DNA of 63,156 nucleotides, counting the filler, from Choristocarpus tenellus KU-1152 (taxonomy: Eukaryota; Protista; Phaeophyceae): assembly GCA_964200185.2 (NCBI GenBank). It is 6 parts of 6 records of this genome, joined end to end, with 100 filler letters (N's around TTAATTAATTAA, not from the genome) between each part and the next. Parts side by side here need not be neighbours in the genome. Positions count along the whole stretch, not along the records: positions 47,740 to 57,140 come from CAXNAD020003708.1; positions 57,241 to 63,156 come from CAXNAD020009425.1; 4 more parts are not named here. One strand, 5' to 3'. A program made the translations under genes and the position numbers. The notes beneath the pieces are model-generated. The model worked only from the letters and a program-made list of their open reading frames with translations, was not told the origin of the DNA and searched no databases. Below are positions 50,600-63,156 of the stretch, in pieces. Numbering within the stretch: position 1 is the first letter of the stretch; the number at the start of each line of letters is the position of its first letter.

Positions 50600-53500
50600 T
50601 GTTAATCTACAATAGGCGTGCAGTATGTAAGGGTTGATGAAGAGTGGCTGGCGTCAGGTGGTGATGACAGGGATAGCTCAAAATCTTGCACATGACCAAC
50701 CTCCCACATGGGTACCTGCTCCTGTGGCAGTGTGATACTACTTCAAAGGACCCACAAAATTCACCTCAGAAGACACTTGTAAGCATCAAGTTTTCGTGGT
50801 CTCACTACCCCACATGTTAGAACCTTTGCAGTTGAATGTAGGCAGTCTTCAATCAACGCACACAGGTCTCTGTTTAGTGTACCGACTTTGAGTTTTACCG
50901 CTAGACCTAACGACGAATATATGGCCACAGCACAGCAACAACATGAAGTAACATATAATATCAGCCCTAGCCCAGCCTTTGTTGCTCCTCCAACAAAGTA
51001 CATCCAATCCCCGACAATATGCTCCCCATGATTGTCAAGCGATGCTTTGTACTCCACAACACTTGGCCATTCTAAAATTGGCATCTCACCACATTGGAAC
51101 AGACTCCTCCGTAAATATGAGTATTCTTTGTCACGTATGTATGAACCTGGTTCAGGTATATTCACCAACCTATCAGAGGTAAACTCTCTTGTTGCTTCCG
51201 ATTTTCTAAACATCTTACCGTGCTCCCTCAATGCAAAGCCCATAGACAAAGGTCCCCCCATCCTATCAGTAAAAGGCAACATCCACCATCTCCATAGATA
51301 CTGGAATATGTGTTTTTGGTTGTCAATTTGTCCAGGGAAGACCCAGTGCTTTGTGTTATGTCCTGGACAGATTTCATATCCGGCGTCTGTCTCCAAACCA
51401 GGAACTACCTCAGCAAACACACACATCACATCCATCTCACCTGAGAATTTTTTCATCTGTTGATTCTGTGCAATTAGATGGGGGAGCACCTCTCCTGAAT
51501 ACTGAATATATTATTGCCATACTTACAGAGAGTCTATCTCCAAGCACACCAACCCATTTGCAAAAAATAATATTAGTCTATTTTCAGGGCAAGTGCACTC
51601 TTGCTCTGAATGTCCTACCGAATTCAGGGCAAATCAGTTTGTAAAGTAGGCCTACCTTCCACTCTCATACATTTCACCAAGGTGTCAGTCACAACCATAA
51701 TACAGGTTTCAAAAATGATAGGTAATACCATGTTCTCTGATAAATGCAGTATCAAATAATCAAGGATAAGTATCCTCAGCAAGAGGCATTTTCGTAAAGT
51801 AAATCCTTCTTAACCATGAAGAATTGCACAGATTAGGACTAGGCAGCAGCTCACTAGCAAAAAAATGTGAGAGAGTGATTACCCTAGCTCAGTGGGTCTC
51901 CAAATTTCATCTGAGTGCTCCAGTCCCCTGTAAAAACCCCTTTTGAAAACCTGAAGAGTCACATCAATTGGTGCTACAGTGCAGTGTTGGCACTCACTTA
52001 CCTGGCTAACAGTAGTGAGATAAAGCATTGCATCGAACAGCCCAGGAAGTCAGGCACAAGTGGTTGTGACCAAATAGATCTTGTACTGACATGTTATCTT
52101 ATACCCACATGCTATCTTGTACCCACTCTGCTACCTGCTCAATACACCACACAGCGTGTCCATCAGCTCGCTCAGCTAGTTTTTCTTGGAGGGTCAGGTG
52201 AGCTTCCCCAATACACACATTGCGTTGAAGGTTTGGAGTCAAGCAGGTGAGGACTGCAGGAATTCAAGGTGTTGAAACATCTGGTATTGATAATATTCTT
52301 GAGGGGATGAAAACCTGGAAAAGAAAGAGACCTACACCTCTATCAAGAGCACGAAACAATTCTGTCAAACAAATGGAATTGAAAACCATGGATTGTCAGA
52401 CCCTTAGAGATTCATGAGCTGAAAGCTAGAAGACTCGCGCAGCAACCAATTACCCTATGCAACCTGCAAGTCTCGTTGGCCAATAAAATGAACCCTGCCA
52501 GCCTTTCTATTTGGCCCACTGGCTGGCCCAGCTTATTCATATGCTTGGGAGCGTGTATCAAAGCTGGAAATTGATTGTCAATGTGCACTCTCATGGGGAA
52601 AGCAAAATTACGTCGGAGCAGTGATCACAACTGGTCAAGTGGTCTGTGAAAAATGAGTACGGTCCAAATCACCTTTGACCTGGAAGGAGGAAGTAGGAGA
52701 TATACAAAGGATTTCCTGCTAGAGGAGAACTTCAACAAAAAGAAATGTTACGTTTTCTGAGACATACTGAGTGTCTATAATAGCGTTCTCTGGGACACTT
52801 ATTCTCAGATACTTGAGGTAAATGGTTAAACCAGAAACTCAGAAACTCACCTACCTATTCCCAGCGCAACAAAGTAGAACCAACGGATGCTGAGCAAGCA
52901 GCCCTCCATTTGGGTAGGCCTTGAGAAGGAGCTGTCCACCTTCTGTTTAATAAAGACTGCCCATGCTCGAGTAAGATTTGGCTTGATGTCAGCAGGTGCT
53001 CAATGGCCACCTGTCAATGTGCATGAATGAGGATGAGCAGTGGGGCATTCAAGTCCAACAACCAGGCATGATTTGGAGCTTGCCACATTCACATCAAAGA
53101 AACTTGGCATGAGCAGCAACAAGAATGCGGGTCCATTCCACTATCACACTAAAGGAAGCCCATACATATTCCGCCAAAGACACTATTCCTAACCTTGATG
53201 CAGGGCTGCGTAGGACTCTTGGCATATCTTCATGCTGGACAATGGGGATGGTTTTCCGCAGAGATGAAGTACCTAACGAGAAGAGGGAGAGTAGAAGCTG
53301 CTTGCCTGATGACCAAACCCCCAAAATATTGACTGAGAAGCGTAGCACCTCACAATGCATCAATCAACATTCCTGGACAGCCGGGGTTAAGGAACACAAA
53401 TGATCTTCTCGTGAGCCACTGGCCACGGAATCTATGCCTTCACCAATTTTTTTCTGTTTCTACTCCATTATTTGCTGCATTATTTGGTCCCACTACTGGT
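50600..53500 (-). mobile_element. Probable degenerate DNA transposon (CMC/EnSpm/Plavaka-like transposase remnants)
   Basis: Intronless, broken minus-strand ORFs (242 aa at 50761-51489; others to 53363). Weak motifs: DVNVASSKSCLVVGLECPTAHPHSC (D..A..G..C..C-like) and PNL. Confidence 0.3.
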
Positions 53501-56284
53501 ATCAAAAGTGGAGTTACACTAAATGCTTTTTCCGGTTGAGAAATAGTTTGTACTTGCGTAAAGTAGGCGGGGGAAACCTGATGGTGTAAGACTAGGATAC
53601 TGGGGTAGGTAATGATTATTCTGAACAAATATTTGATTCTTCCTTAGAGTAGCTGATATATTGGGGTTATCCATAATAGCGGTTTATGCCTCGGCAGCTC
53701 TGAGTTCTTCCCTGTGCGTGGATACTATCTTGTTTGTTTTAGCAGCCCACTTCTTTGAGATATGAGAATGTCAAGAAATTCAGTACAATGCACTGTTAGA
53801 TTAGATCTTGGCAAAATTGTTCATTTTCGTACCATTTGAGTTGGACACACCCTTGAGGTGCCTTGCTGTCCTCATTCACACATAGCATATTCAGCTCAAA
53901 TCCCTAACTTTCCCAAGAAAGCTGCTGTATTAGTTGTACCACTTTACAGCAGTATGTGTGCACTGGAAGATACATCGATTTTCCCTTGTGTTTTTCTCCA
54001 CTGATCCCCAGTCAACAGGCATGGGTCTTCCTGGTTTTCATGTCTACTCTCTAACTCATTTCGGTTTTGGGAAGTCCAAAGTGTATCCACATCGTGGCAG
54101 GTGTCAAAGGCTCACCCCTTGTGTGGTGATGTCTGGCATGTAAATATGCTACAGTTGGCAAGAGTATATACTGAGGCTTTTGTGCTTTGTGCCGCTACCT
54201 TGCTACATACCTCAATTCCTAAAAAAACGGTGATGCCAAATTAGATTCATATAGAGTAGTTGGAAGCACGTAGGCATTAATGCCAACAGGTGTACTCCAT
54301 TCCAGAATACTCCTCAGTATACTTATTGATTGAGACCATTCAACTGTCCCACAAGAAACAATGAGGATCGACTACATGGTTGCTGGCTGGCACGGAAGGT
54401 GTGTCATAGTCTATGACAAACAGGACCCAAGACCTACCAGGAGGTGGCGTGCGTGCCATCTTAGACGATTTCCAACAAGCACCTGAGGTGATCATTTTCT
54501 TGCACTAACCACCGAATGTCATCTTTAGTAAACCTGGGTAGAGGTATGATCAGTTGATAAGTGTCAGATAGTTTGTAAGATTTGAGCCCAGGGGACAGTA
54601 TGGGCATTACATTTGAGTCCTCTTCAAGTATTGGGCAGCATTGGGATTAAAAAAGATGAAAATGCAGATAATGCACTAGAGGTCTATCAGAAATAAATAC
54701 TGCAATCAAAAACCAACGTAGACATCAACAGAACACACTCCCACCATTCCCAACTCCCATCTCCCCTACCTCTCTGTCTCCCTGTCTGCACATTAACTCC
54801 TAGATGATTTGGGGAGCACTTTGTTTCCGTCAGAGACTAGCAACAAGAAGTAATCCCCCAACACACCTCTCATCCATTCCAATTACTGGATTTGACACAG
54901 GTGAACTCCAAAAACGAAGAAGAGGGCTCTTCCTTGAGGAACATCCCTATTGACTCAGAAAACCCTGCTGCCCCTTTCACTATCTCCTACCTTACAAAAT
55001 ATCCACAATGACTGCACTCCCTCCTTTCCCATTCAATGCCTGAGTTTTACCTCACCCGTAACCTCTTCTGCTTCCCCTCAGAATGCGAGATATAGCACAA
55101 AAACAACAAAACTGCCCCACTTCAACCTCCTGACAAGCACGCCTCCTTACAATAGCATTCATGAAGGAGAAAAGCTGCTGGAATACTTTGCACTCCAGTC
55201 AGTTATATCGATCAAGTGCATCGAGTGCTTTATCTTTGGTCCATCCATCCATCCATCCATCCACTCACTAGTTGACTACTCATTCAAGCAGAGATCAGTG
55301 AAGAATAAAATATATCGACAGGAACGACTATTGCGAGCATCAAATGAACTGCTCCACCAAGAGAAAATAAAGAAAAAGAGTTGAAAGTACAAAAAAAATT
55401 ACTTGAAACAGAAGAGAAAATTATCATCACGAAAGATTATGAACAATAAAAAAAACGTGGTCAAGATGACGCAACAGGTATAATTAAAATAAATATGATA
55501 GAAAGAGAAAGTCTCAAGTATTTCACAAACGCTTGGCACCTTGCTGTGATCAATGACATCCAAAAGAGAATATCTCTGCTCCTCTTCGAAACATACACCA
55601 AGCAAGCAGCAGAATTTTCTAGCTCCACATAGAAAGGAGGGAGCAAGCAAGACATTTGAAGCTACAGCTTTACATCCTCAAACTTCCCTTCACTAAATTA
55701 CAAAAACCCGGAGCTCTTCCAAAGTCATAATGTTCTACCACATATTTTTTTAATTTCGGTACTACTACACACTTACATCACAAGGCCAACAAACATGAAC
55801 AAAATGAAACAGTCATGGTGTCTCACTAATTGCCACTCCTACTTCACACAAATAACCACAACTTTTCCCCACTTCTCCCCACATTTACACAGGACACTGC
55901 ACATGTCGAGTGAAGCAATATTGGGGCAATCGATGTTCAATACCCTTGAATACACAATGTAATGCTACCACCTTCAACCCTGCCAGTACCCTCTGGGTGT
56001 TGTAAATTCTTGTAGTGAGTACTGTAACAAGCCTGACCCGTTACGTAAGACTCTTATCAACAAAATTGCCACCATCACACATGTAGTGCCACCATCTACA
56101 AAATTAAAAAAAGAAAACCAGCCTCAAGACTCCAAGTAATGGACGTGAACTCACTCAGCCAGCCAACCACCAGGACAAGAGGTCTACTTCTAAAGGGCTT
56201 CTAAGGGGACAAGAGTGTAATAGGCCCCTCCACCTTATAAACCTCTTGAGAAGCAACATAGCATTCCCTATGCTCTCATTTCGA

Positions 56285-56931
56285 TTATGAATCTAACAAA
56301 TATGAATGATTGGCAGCTATTTCCTCCACTGTAGGTATTCCCGCCCTGGCCCCAGGCATGGAGAGCTTCTTGGCCGCAACTAGGCTTGACAAGGCAACCA
56401 TCCTATGAAGTGATCATAGAAAAAAATCCAAGTGAAACAAGCGAGGGATTGTGGTTGTGGGTCAGATAAAACAACAATAATAACAACACAGCTGGACATT
56501 GGACATATCAAGTATTACCTAATGGGCTGCAACATGGCTTTGGTTTTACCATCTCCGATACTAAAATCACCAAAGCAACAAAAACCCACATAAAAATGCA
56601 GCTCAAAAAGGAGTAGGGGAAAATAACAAATCTAGGGTTAGGGTTAGAATTTGCGGAACAAAAGGCAACACAAAATACACCAATCAGAAAGTGCTCACCA
56701 CAATGAACCATAAGAACGTTGCAATACTTGCCCTTCAACCTTGAAACACAACAGCCGAGAGACGAACTGCACCCTTCAACCTAAACTACTACAGTGCCCC
56801 TCACCGACCAAGCCCAGAGTGGTCCACAATACCCCGAACAAAAGCAGCAATGAACGCATCCCCTGCCCCTGTGGTGTCCACAATTGATGACGCTTCGACG
56901 GGCCAGGATGAAGCTTGCACTACCCACATAT
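56285..56931 (-). CDS. PfkB/ribokinase-family carbohydrate kinase, last two exons (56931-56805, 56402-56285)
   Basis: PfkB signature VDTTGAGDAFIAAF; final exon MVALSSLVAAKKLSMPGARAGIPT...*. Upstream exons are lost at the gap. Confidence 0.9.
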
Positions 56932-57140
56932 CTGTCAGTGGTTTTTGACCCACCTGCTTGCGGGTCGTATCATTAGCAACCCCATGAAAGGTGTACAAAT
57001 TCAATATTTTGTGTGTGTTGTGTGTGTAGCTGTATGTTTCTCTTTGGGGGGGGGGGGGGGGGTGTGGCAGTAACGTCCAAGACCACCAGGACAAGCATGT
57101 GTAAGTTTCATGAGAGGGGGCGTGGAGGCTCCAAAAGGCG

Positions 57141-57240
57141 NNNNNNNNNNNNNNNNNNNNNNNNNNNNNNNNNNNNNNNNNNNNTTAATTAATTAANNNN
57201 NNNNNNNNNNNNNNNNNNNNNNNNNNNNNNNNNNNNNNNN
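57141..57240. other. Artificial contig spacer
   Basis: N44-TTAATTAATTAA-N44. Confidence 0.97.
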
Positions 57241-58052
57241 CCCCCCCCCCCCCCCCCCAGATACTTTGACTCAGGGGGAGTTTTGTACTATGGATGTGGC
57301 TATGTGCTTGAGAATAAAGTTATATGCCAGAGTATGGCATTGGGGTTATTGTTTGGGAAAGTCCAGGCATTCAAGAGGACAATCTTGCTTCCTGTATTTT
57401 TTTGCGTCTGTACGGCCACTAGGTGTATGTTGTTGCTTGTCCTGTAATCCTGGGAATGATCTCCTTCATTTTGGAGATGCAATTTTTTGTCATTTTTCTC
57501 ATGCTTGTGATTTTAATGCAGAGGAGCTTACAATACCACAAGAGGCAGCTATAATCAATGTATGCTACCTCTTTTGTATTGAAGTGGCATCGCTCACTTC
57601 TTGTTCTCTCCTGTTTTGTACCCATGTTGCACTACACTAATTTGCTATGATTAGTGGTGAAATATGAGTGAAAGTATCTTAGAGGGTACAACTGTTGCCC
57701 TGTTTGTCCATTTGGGGCTTGACTTCCTTCGGGGGGTTTCATGACATTTTCCTACTACAAAATATTTCGGAGTAGGTAAAATGTGTACGTTATGAAAAGG
57801 TGTATCCGGAACAAGGATATTGACACTTCCTAACAAACACGATAACCAAAATTACATCAAAATCGCAACATTGTATTTTGGTCCCCAAATGGACACAGCT
57901 CTGCCCTCTAAGTTACTTTACCTCATGTACTCCGGAGCACTAAGATTTAGTGTTACAGTTGAGGCTGGGAGTTTAGATTGACCTTTCAAGCAATCAATCA
58001 TTTGCTTCTCTTTTGTGTGAGTGGAATCAAGACATGACTATACTTGAAGGCA

Positions 58053-58223
58053 GGCTCAAAGTATCTAGGGCAGGTGGTGGCTGTCCATTCACGGCCCATG
58101 TTTCCATGTTGTGATTCTTGAGTGATTTGGTTGCATGAGTTGGATGGATAATGTATATGCACTTCTCCTGGTCAGGGCCAGAATGGACATCCTGGTGTAG
58201 ACCTCCCCCAGATACTTTGAGCC
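58053..58223. mobile_element. MITE with ~23-bp TIRs (GGCTCAAAGTATCTGGGGGAGGT family)
   Basis: ggctcaaagtatctagggcaggt ... acctcccccagatactttgagcc. The same TIR motif recurs at 22203, 22326, 41986, 47604, 57241 and 63081. Confidence 0.8.
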
Positions 58224-59068
58224 ATATTCGATGTCCAGGTGGCTGTCATTATGCAGTGCTACAAATTCCCAAGGTGTTTGTTTACAGTTTGTTGCTTCAA
58301 AGGCTCCTCATCCATGATGTATATCTCGTTTTCCCTGCAGGGGATATTATATTTCGGGTAGAAGGATAGGTGGCAGTACAGAAATATTTTTTTGAAAGAT
58401 ACCATCAACATTATGTTGGGTTTTGCTTATAGTAGTTGAGTGCCGTTCAGCAAAGTGAGTGTAACTGATTTGTCATTGTCTGCCGATTTTGACATTGGAC
58501 CAGATGTTGCCATGGGTAATATATTGTGTTGGTAGTTTTATCGGAATAGGATGGGACTGTTGTAGTATGAGCATTGGATTATTGGGAACAGTCTCGTAAG
58601 GGACCATGTGTATTGTTCTGTTCCTATTTTTATATAGAAGTCTCTTGAAAGTGATCAAACTTGTATAAACTTTTTTTTTCCCCTCCCCTGACAAGTCTGC
58701 AAAATGTCTGAGGCTGTAAAAAATATTTTTGGGGTTGCCAGGAAGTCATAAAGGGATACATTATACAACTGACGATATGTTCTTGATCACTGTAAGGCTG
58801 TTGGTTTCTTCCAAACACATGTCGTACCACTGATCTCCACCTACTCCATATGTACCTATGATACTGTCAAATGATGTAGTACCCACATATTGACCCCACC
58901 GTAAGTAGCCGCCAACAACATCGAGATTATCAGCAAAATCAGCACTGCGCTGCATACTACAGCCCTGTTTTCATCCCTCGTGTCATTATTTTATGGCAAC
59001 CTATGTCACAAACCCCTATCTTTTCCTTCCCTTTGTGTGTTTCCTCCCCTTGCATTGTGACATTTCAG

Positions 59069-59200
59069 ATGTCCAAAGTGTATGAGGAGGCATCTTCCAT
59101 CAGCCGTGAGTTCAATGCCCGCGGGGACCTGGAGAAGGGCTGCACCATTGCTGGGTTCCTTCGTGTGGCCAGGGCAATGGTCACACACGGAGCTGTTTAG
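59069..59200 (+). CDS. gdhA: NADP-type glutamate dehydrogenase, terminal exon only
   Basis: After a pyrimidine-rich acceptor: MSKVYEEASSISREFNARGDLEKGCTIAGFLRVARAMVTHGAV* (cf. GANIAGFxKVAxAMxAQGxV). Confidence 0.85.
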   Translation: MSKVYEEASSISREFNARGDLEKGCTIAGFLRVARAMVTHGAV

Positions 59201-62200
59201 ATATGCTCAACGATCATCAATGGTTGTAGCAGGCGGGAAGTCGGTGGCTTACTTAGCCTCTTGTTCTCATTGGATACTTGCTTAATTTGGGTGTGAATCT
59301 CATGAGCTGTAGCTTTGCAAAGTATGAGGAGGGGAGAGGAAACGGTCAAAGATGTATCAAGGTATATGAATACATAGTGATAAATAGGTGAGTGGTTGTG
59401 CTCGACTGAAGGGAACTTCATTGGCATTGTCTTCTTCTAGCCTGGTGGTGAATTAAAAGAGCTAGCACAATGAGATGTTGGAGGGAAAGGCTAGTAGCAT
59501 GGGGACGAGGATGAGGGAGGCATGAAAGCAAGGACCTAACCCTAACCATATATTTTTTTCCATAGGTATATTTATGTTAACTGTCTTTGCGTGTTGACTG
59601 GCGGTGGTTACGAAGGATGACATCCATGGTATGGAACAAGGAGGCTGAGGGAGTTCGAAATCGGCAACAGCTTGACTTTTTTCATGGCGTACTGCTACTG
59701 GTAGTTAGTATGTGTGCTCCATGTTGGACAAGTTTGCTTTGCGTTGTGCTTTCGAAAAATTTGTTCGTCTTGATTTTGCTCATTACTGAGTGTTTGTGTT
59801 GCTTCCTCTATTATTTTTGTTACCCCAGTAGTGTGCGTACCCATCCCTGCAACATTTGGATCATGATGAAGCTATAGTAGCCCTTATCGTGCCTTGCAAT
59901 AGTGTCTTTCTGAAAGTGCATGGGCCTAGCTTGTGTGTTACTTTTCTTGTTATTAAAGCATGCGCGAAAGGTCAATTGCATAGAGAGTGTAGCAAGGGTT
60001 CTTGGCCACACCGAAGGTGCAGAAAGAAACAAAAGGTTACTGCCCTCAATATTTTCATCAACACTCAAGGAAGTCAGGGGTTCACAGGCAATGACAAAGA
60101 GGAGAAGTAGAGCTCTGGCAGTATTTTTTTGGGTGGTCAAATTGATTTTATCATCTTCTGTGTGCTTTGCCATTATCCATTATGAGAAGCATAAAGAGTA
60201 TACTACTGCTGGGCACAGTATATTGATAAAGGGAATCTTTTATTGATCGGGTATACTACTCTAAGAAGTATGCATGTGTTTGTGTGTGCGTGCATTCAAT
60301 GCATCTACTCTGAATGCATATTCTCTGGAGTGATGTAGAACACCACTCGGAGTTAAACTTGACTGTCCTTACTACATTAGTCGATCATATCATATAGGGG
60401 CGGCCTACTGCTGCTCCAGAGAAGTTTTTTTTATAATTATGACTATTTTGAGGAGAACAGGACACCATGTGGGACAGAGGAAAATGTAGTTATGCTTTGG
60501 GAGTGAACTTTTTTATTCTTCATCATATTGAGACTTCCTAGTAACTGCTTTGGACTAAAACAACCACCCAGAAACTGAAATATAGCTTTCTCTAGAGAGG
60601 GATTTCGATTTTGCACCTACAAACTGCCACATGCCCAATGCTGACCTGTTTTGCTGTCATCTGTGCAACGAGTTTAACCCTTCAAAGCAATATGCGATGA
60701 ATATTGACAGCATGTAATGCAACCAACAGTCTTAATCACGTGCTCCATGAGCACAAAGTAGGGCAACCTTGTGCTCCCTTGTGTGTTGCACACGGTTGAA
60801 GTCAGCGCTGGAGAGGAAAACGAACCAAGGATCCAAGGTCATAGGAGGCATTTCTATAGACACAGAGAGCATGAAGTGAATAAGTTGCAATGAAAGACCC
60901 TCAACATATCCCTAGACCTCTTTAGGTAAGGAACGATATCTCTTTGCCATCCTTCTGATTTGTAGAGACACCTGTGGACTTTGCTACACTGATGGACTTC
61001 AAGTTTTCACTTCATACAAACCAAGAAATCAAGGTTCAATTGTGGACGTTTAATGCATTGAGGGGTCTGAGTTGACTTAGATGCAGAAATCGGCAGTACA
61101 AAACATCATAGGCGGTGATAATTTTCTTAAACTGGAAATAGTCCAGGTTAGACCCAATAAGTAGTGGTATCCCTGCAACAGTTGGGATAGTGAGCCAAAG
61201 TGTTCGAGAGGTACCCAGGTTTTGCCATTATGCATTTAAAGCCAGTTTTTCAATCTCTCACAATTCCCTCAAATACATTTCTATGAATGACTTTCTAAGT
61301 TTTGACCTCCTATTATTGATTTCTCTATTGCTTGAAAAATTTCGACATAATTCACAAAATGTCCACACACATTTGTCAGCAACTTCAAAATGCAACCCTG
61401 GGTGGCCTCTCCTTTACATTGACCCGGTTCAGTGATACTTGACAATGACTCTGGACGGATTTGTTAAATCATATCTAGTACTTAAAAGCATGTATTGCTA
61501 CATACCTGTTGTGAAATCTTAGTACACGTCTGCTACCCGGTTGGAAAAACAGAAAAGTTAAAAGGTATAGGAATGCAGAGTCTAACTGAAATTTAACCTA
61601 ATCAACAAATCAAGTTTTTTCGATGGGTATTGATGAGTGTTTAGAGTACCTCAGATGTCCCTCACCACTTAGCCCCATTGCATACTCTGATTCTTGCGAG
61701 TCATAAAGGGTAAAGGGATCAGGTGATGGGGGTCCATCGTTGTGAGCACAGGCATTGATCACTGATTTTGTATTGAGCAGTGGTAGAAGTGACTGTGGGA
61801 GCAGCAGTGACAGTGACCGTATTGATAGCAAAGCATCGAACACAAGGCCATCCCCGCCCCAACTTGAAAGGTCCTCCTGATGGAGACCTGTTCAAAAACT
61901 CAGTTGTGGAGAGGAGCTAGTATGATTAATCTACCAATGGTGTAACTAAAGTGGAGTCTGGCTCAGACCCAAAGCATTTAAGAGGGTAGGGCCGCGTCCG
62001 TTCGTGATCATAAATCTAATATTGAGATTTTGATAAATTTGTTTCTATCGTGTTTGTTAGCAAGTGTAAATATCCTTGCTCCAGACACACCTTTCATAGT
62101 TTTGTAGATTTTAGGTAACTGTGTTCACAAAGAAAACGAAATAGGCATAAAACAACCGTGGGAAGCCAAGTCCCGGGCGGACAAACAGGGCAAAACTCCT

Positions 62201-63156
62201 CTTATATGCCTCGACCCTCATGGTGGAATCAATGTATGCTTGATCTACAAGAGCACGTAGTGGTGGATGTTATAGGATCGAGGAAGCCACCAAACAGTAT
62301 GTGTGTCCAATCTATAGAAGGGCACCTGAAGATCTTGGCTACGGAGAAAGGAGACGGCAACATGGGTCTTGAGCTTCTCAATCCAATTATTGATGTCTAC
62401 TAAAGAGTTCATGCAAGGAAAAGATGCTGTTGACAGGCCGATGAGGTGCTAACTGTTTGTGCAGTTTCCCCCTACCAGGGTGACAGTAGTATTGCAGTAC
62501 TCGGCAGTGGAAACGGTATTGAGATCAAGTTGAAAGCCACAAAACCACCATAGGTACGCCCCGTTCAAGTACTCGCTGGATTGATCATCCAACGTCTTGA
62601 CCATACTCTCATTCACCTCCATACCATGGCTGAGAAAAATCTAGTTATAGTTTGTCGCATGAATCGAAGATGTTGGATAGGCAGGAAATAAGGAGTTTGT
62701 GTAGACTTTATGGCCCACTCCCATATTTCTGCTTGCTTGAGTGAAAACCAGACTGATTTTATCTCTACAGTTCAAGATTATTCACCAACTGTTGAATGCT
62801 TGTTTCATGTCACCGTATACTCTGGCATATTGACTGAAACGTTCTAGATACGTCTAAAAATATCTAGTTCACTTTTTTTTTTTTTCTACTACTACTAGAA
62901 GGTGGGGCAAACAACTTAAATCTCATCGAGTCATACTCGCAGAACATCCCTGTCATATCATGATCTAAATTGGGCTAGGCCACAGTCTATTCCAGTCACA
63001 CTCTTCAACAAACCCAGTCCAGCCATGATCAGATACAATGTACTTGGGCTGGTCCATGGTCAGGTCTGGTTTACGAATCGGGTCAAAGTATTTGGGGGGG
63101 GGGGGAGGGGGGGATGGTTTGTGAGGGGGCGTCTGTTTGGGTCAAACAACTCTTTT

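Noticed and set aside
59820-60246. Overlapping 84-117 aa ORFs downstream of GDH
   Set aside because: No motif or splice support; probably 3' UTR or intergenic sequence.
62158-62500. Possible gypsy RNase H remnant
   Set aside because: Resemblance too weak to support from the sequence alone.

Overview
Eukaryotic, intron-rich genomic DNA, most likely a stramenopile alga (brown alga or close relative, inferred from a Phaeophyceae-type secreted 'YDxR..GC..GC.PE.TR-D..SRWSC' domain and TTAGGG motifs). The window is six contigs joined by five identical 100-nt artificial spacers (N44-TTAATTAATTAA-N44), so gene order across spacers cannot be trusted. Genes assembled by hand from splice sites and reading frame: exocyst SEC8/EXOC4 (5' part); a ~975-aa protein fusing a PP2A B56/B' regulatory domain to a non-RD PDK1-like kinase, whose C-terminal tail carries B56-docking-like LxxIxE motifs (the main finding); a FANCF-like gene head-to-head with a HERC1-like giant E3 ligase; an FrnE/DsbA-like oxidoreductase with a CPWS site and a long disordered tail; a secreted F5/8-C/CBM32-like protein; and terminal exons of a PfkB kinase and a glutamate dehydrogenase. 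The remainder is degenerate transposons (copia, DD39D-like mariner, probable CMC and non-LTR remnants), MITEs and micro/minisatellites. All family assignments come from recalled motifs; no database search was run.
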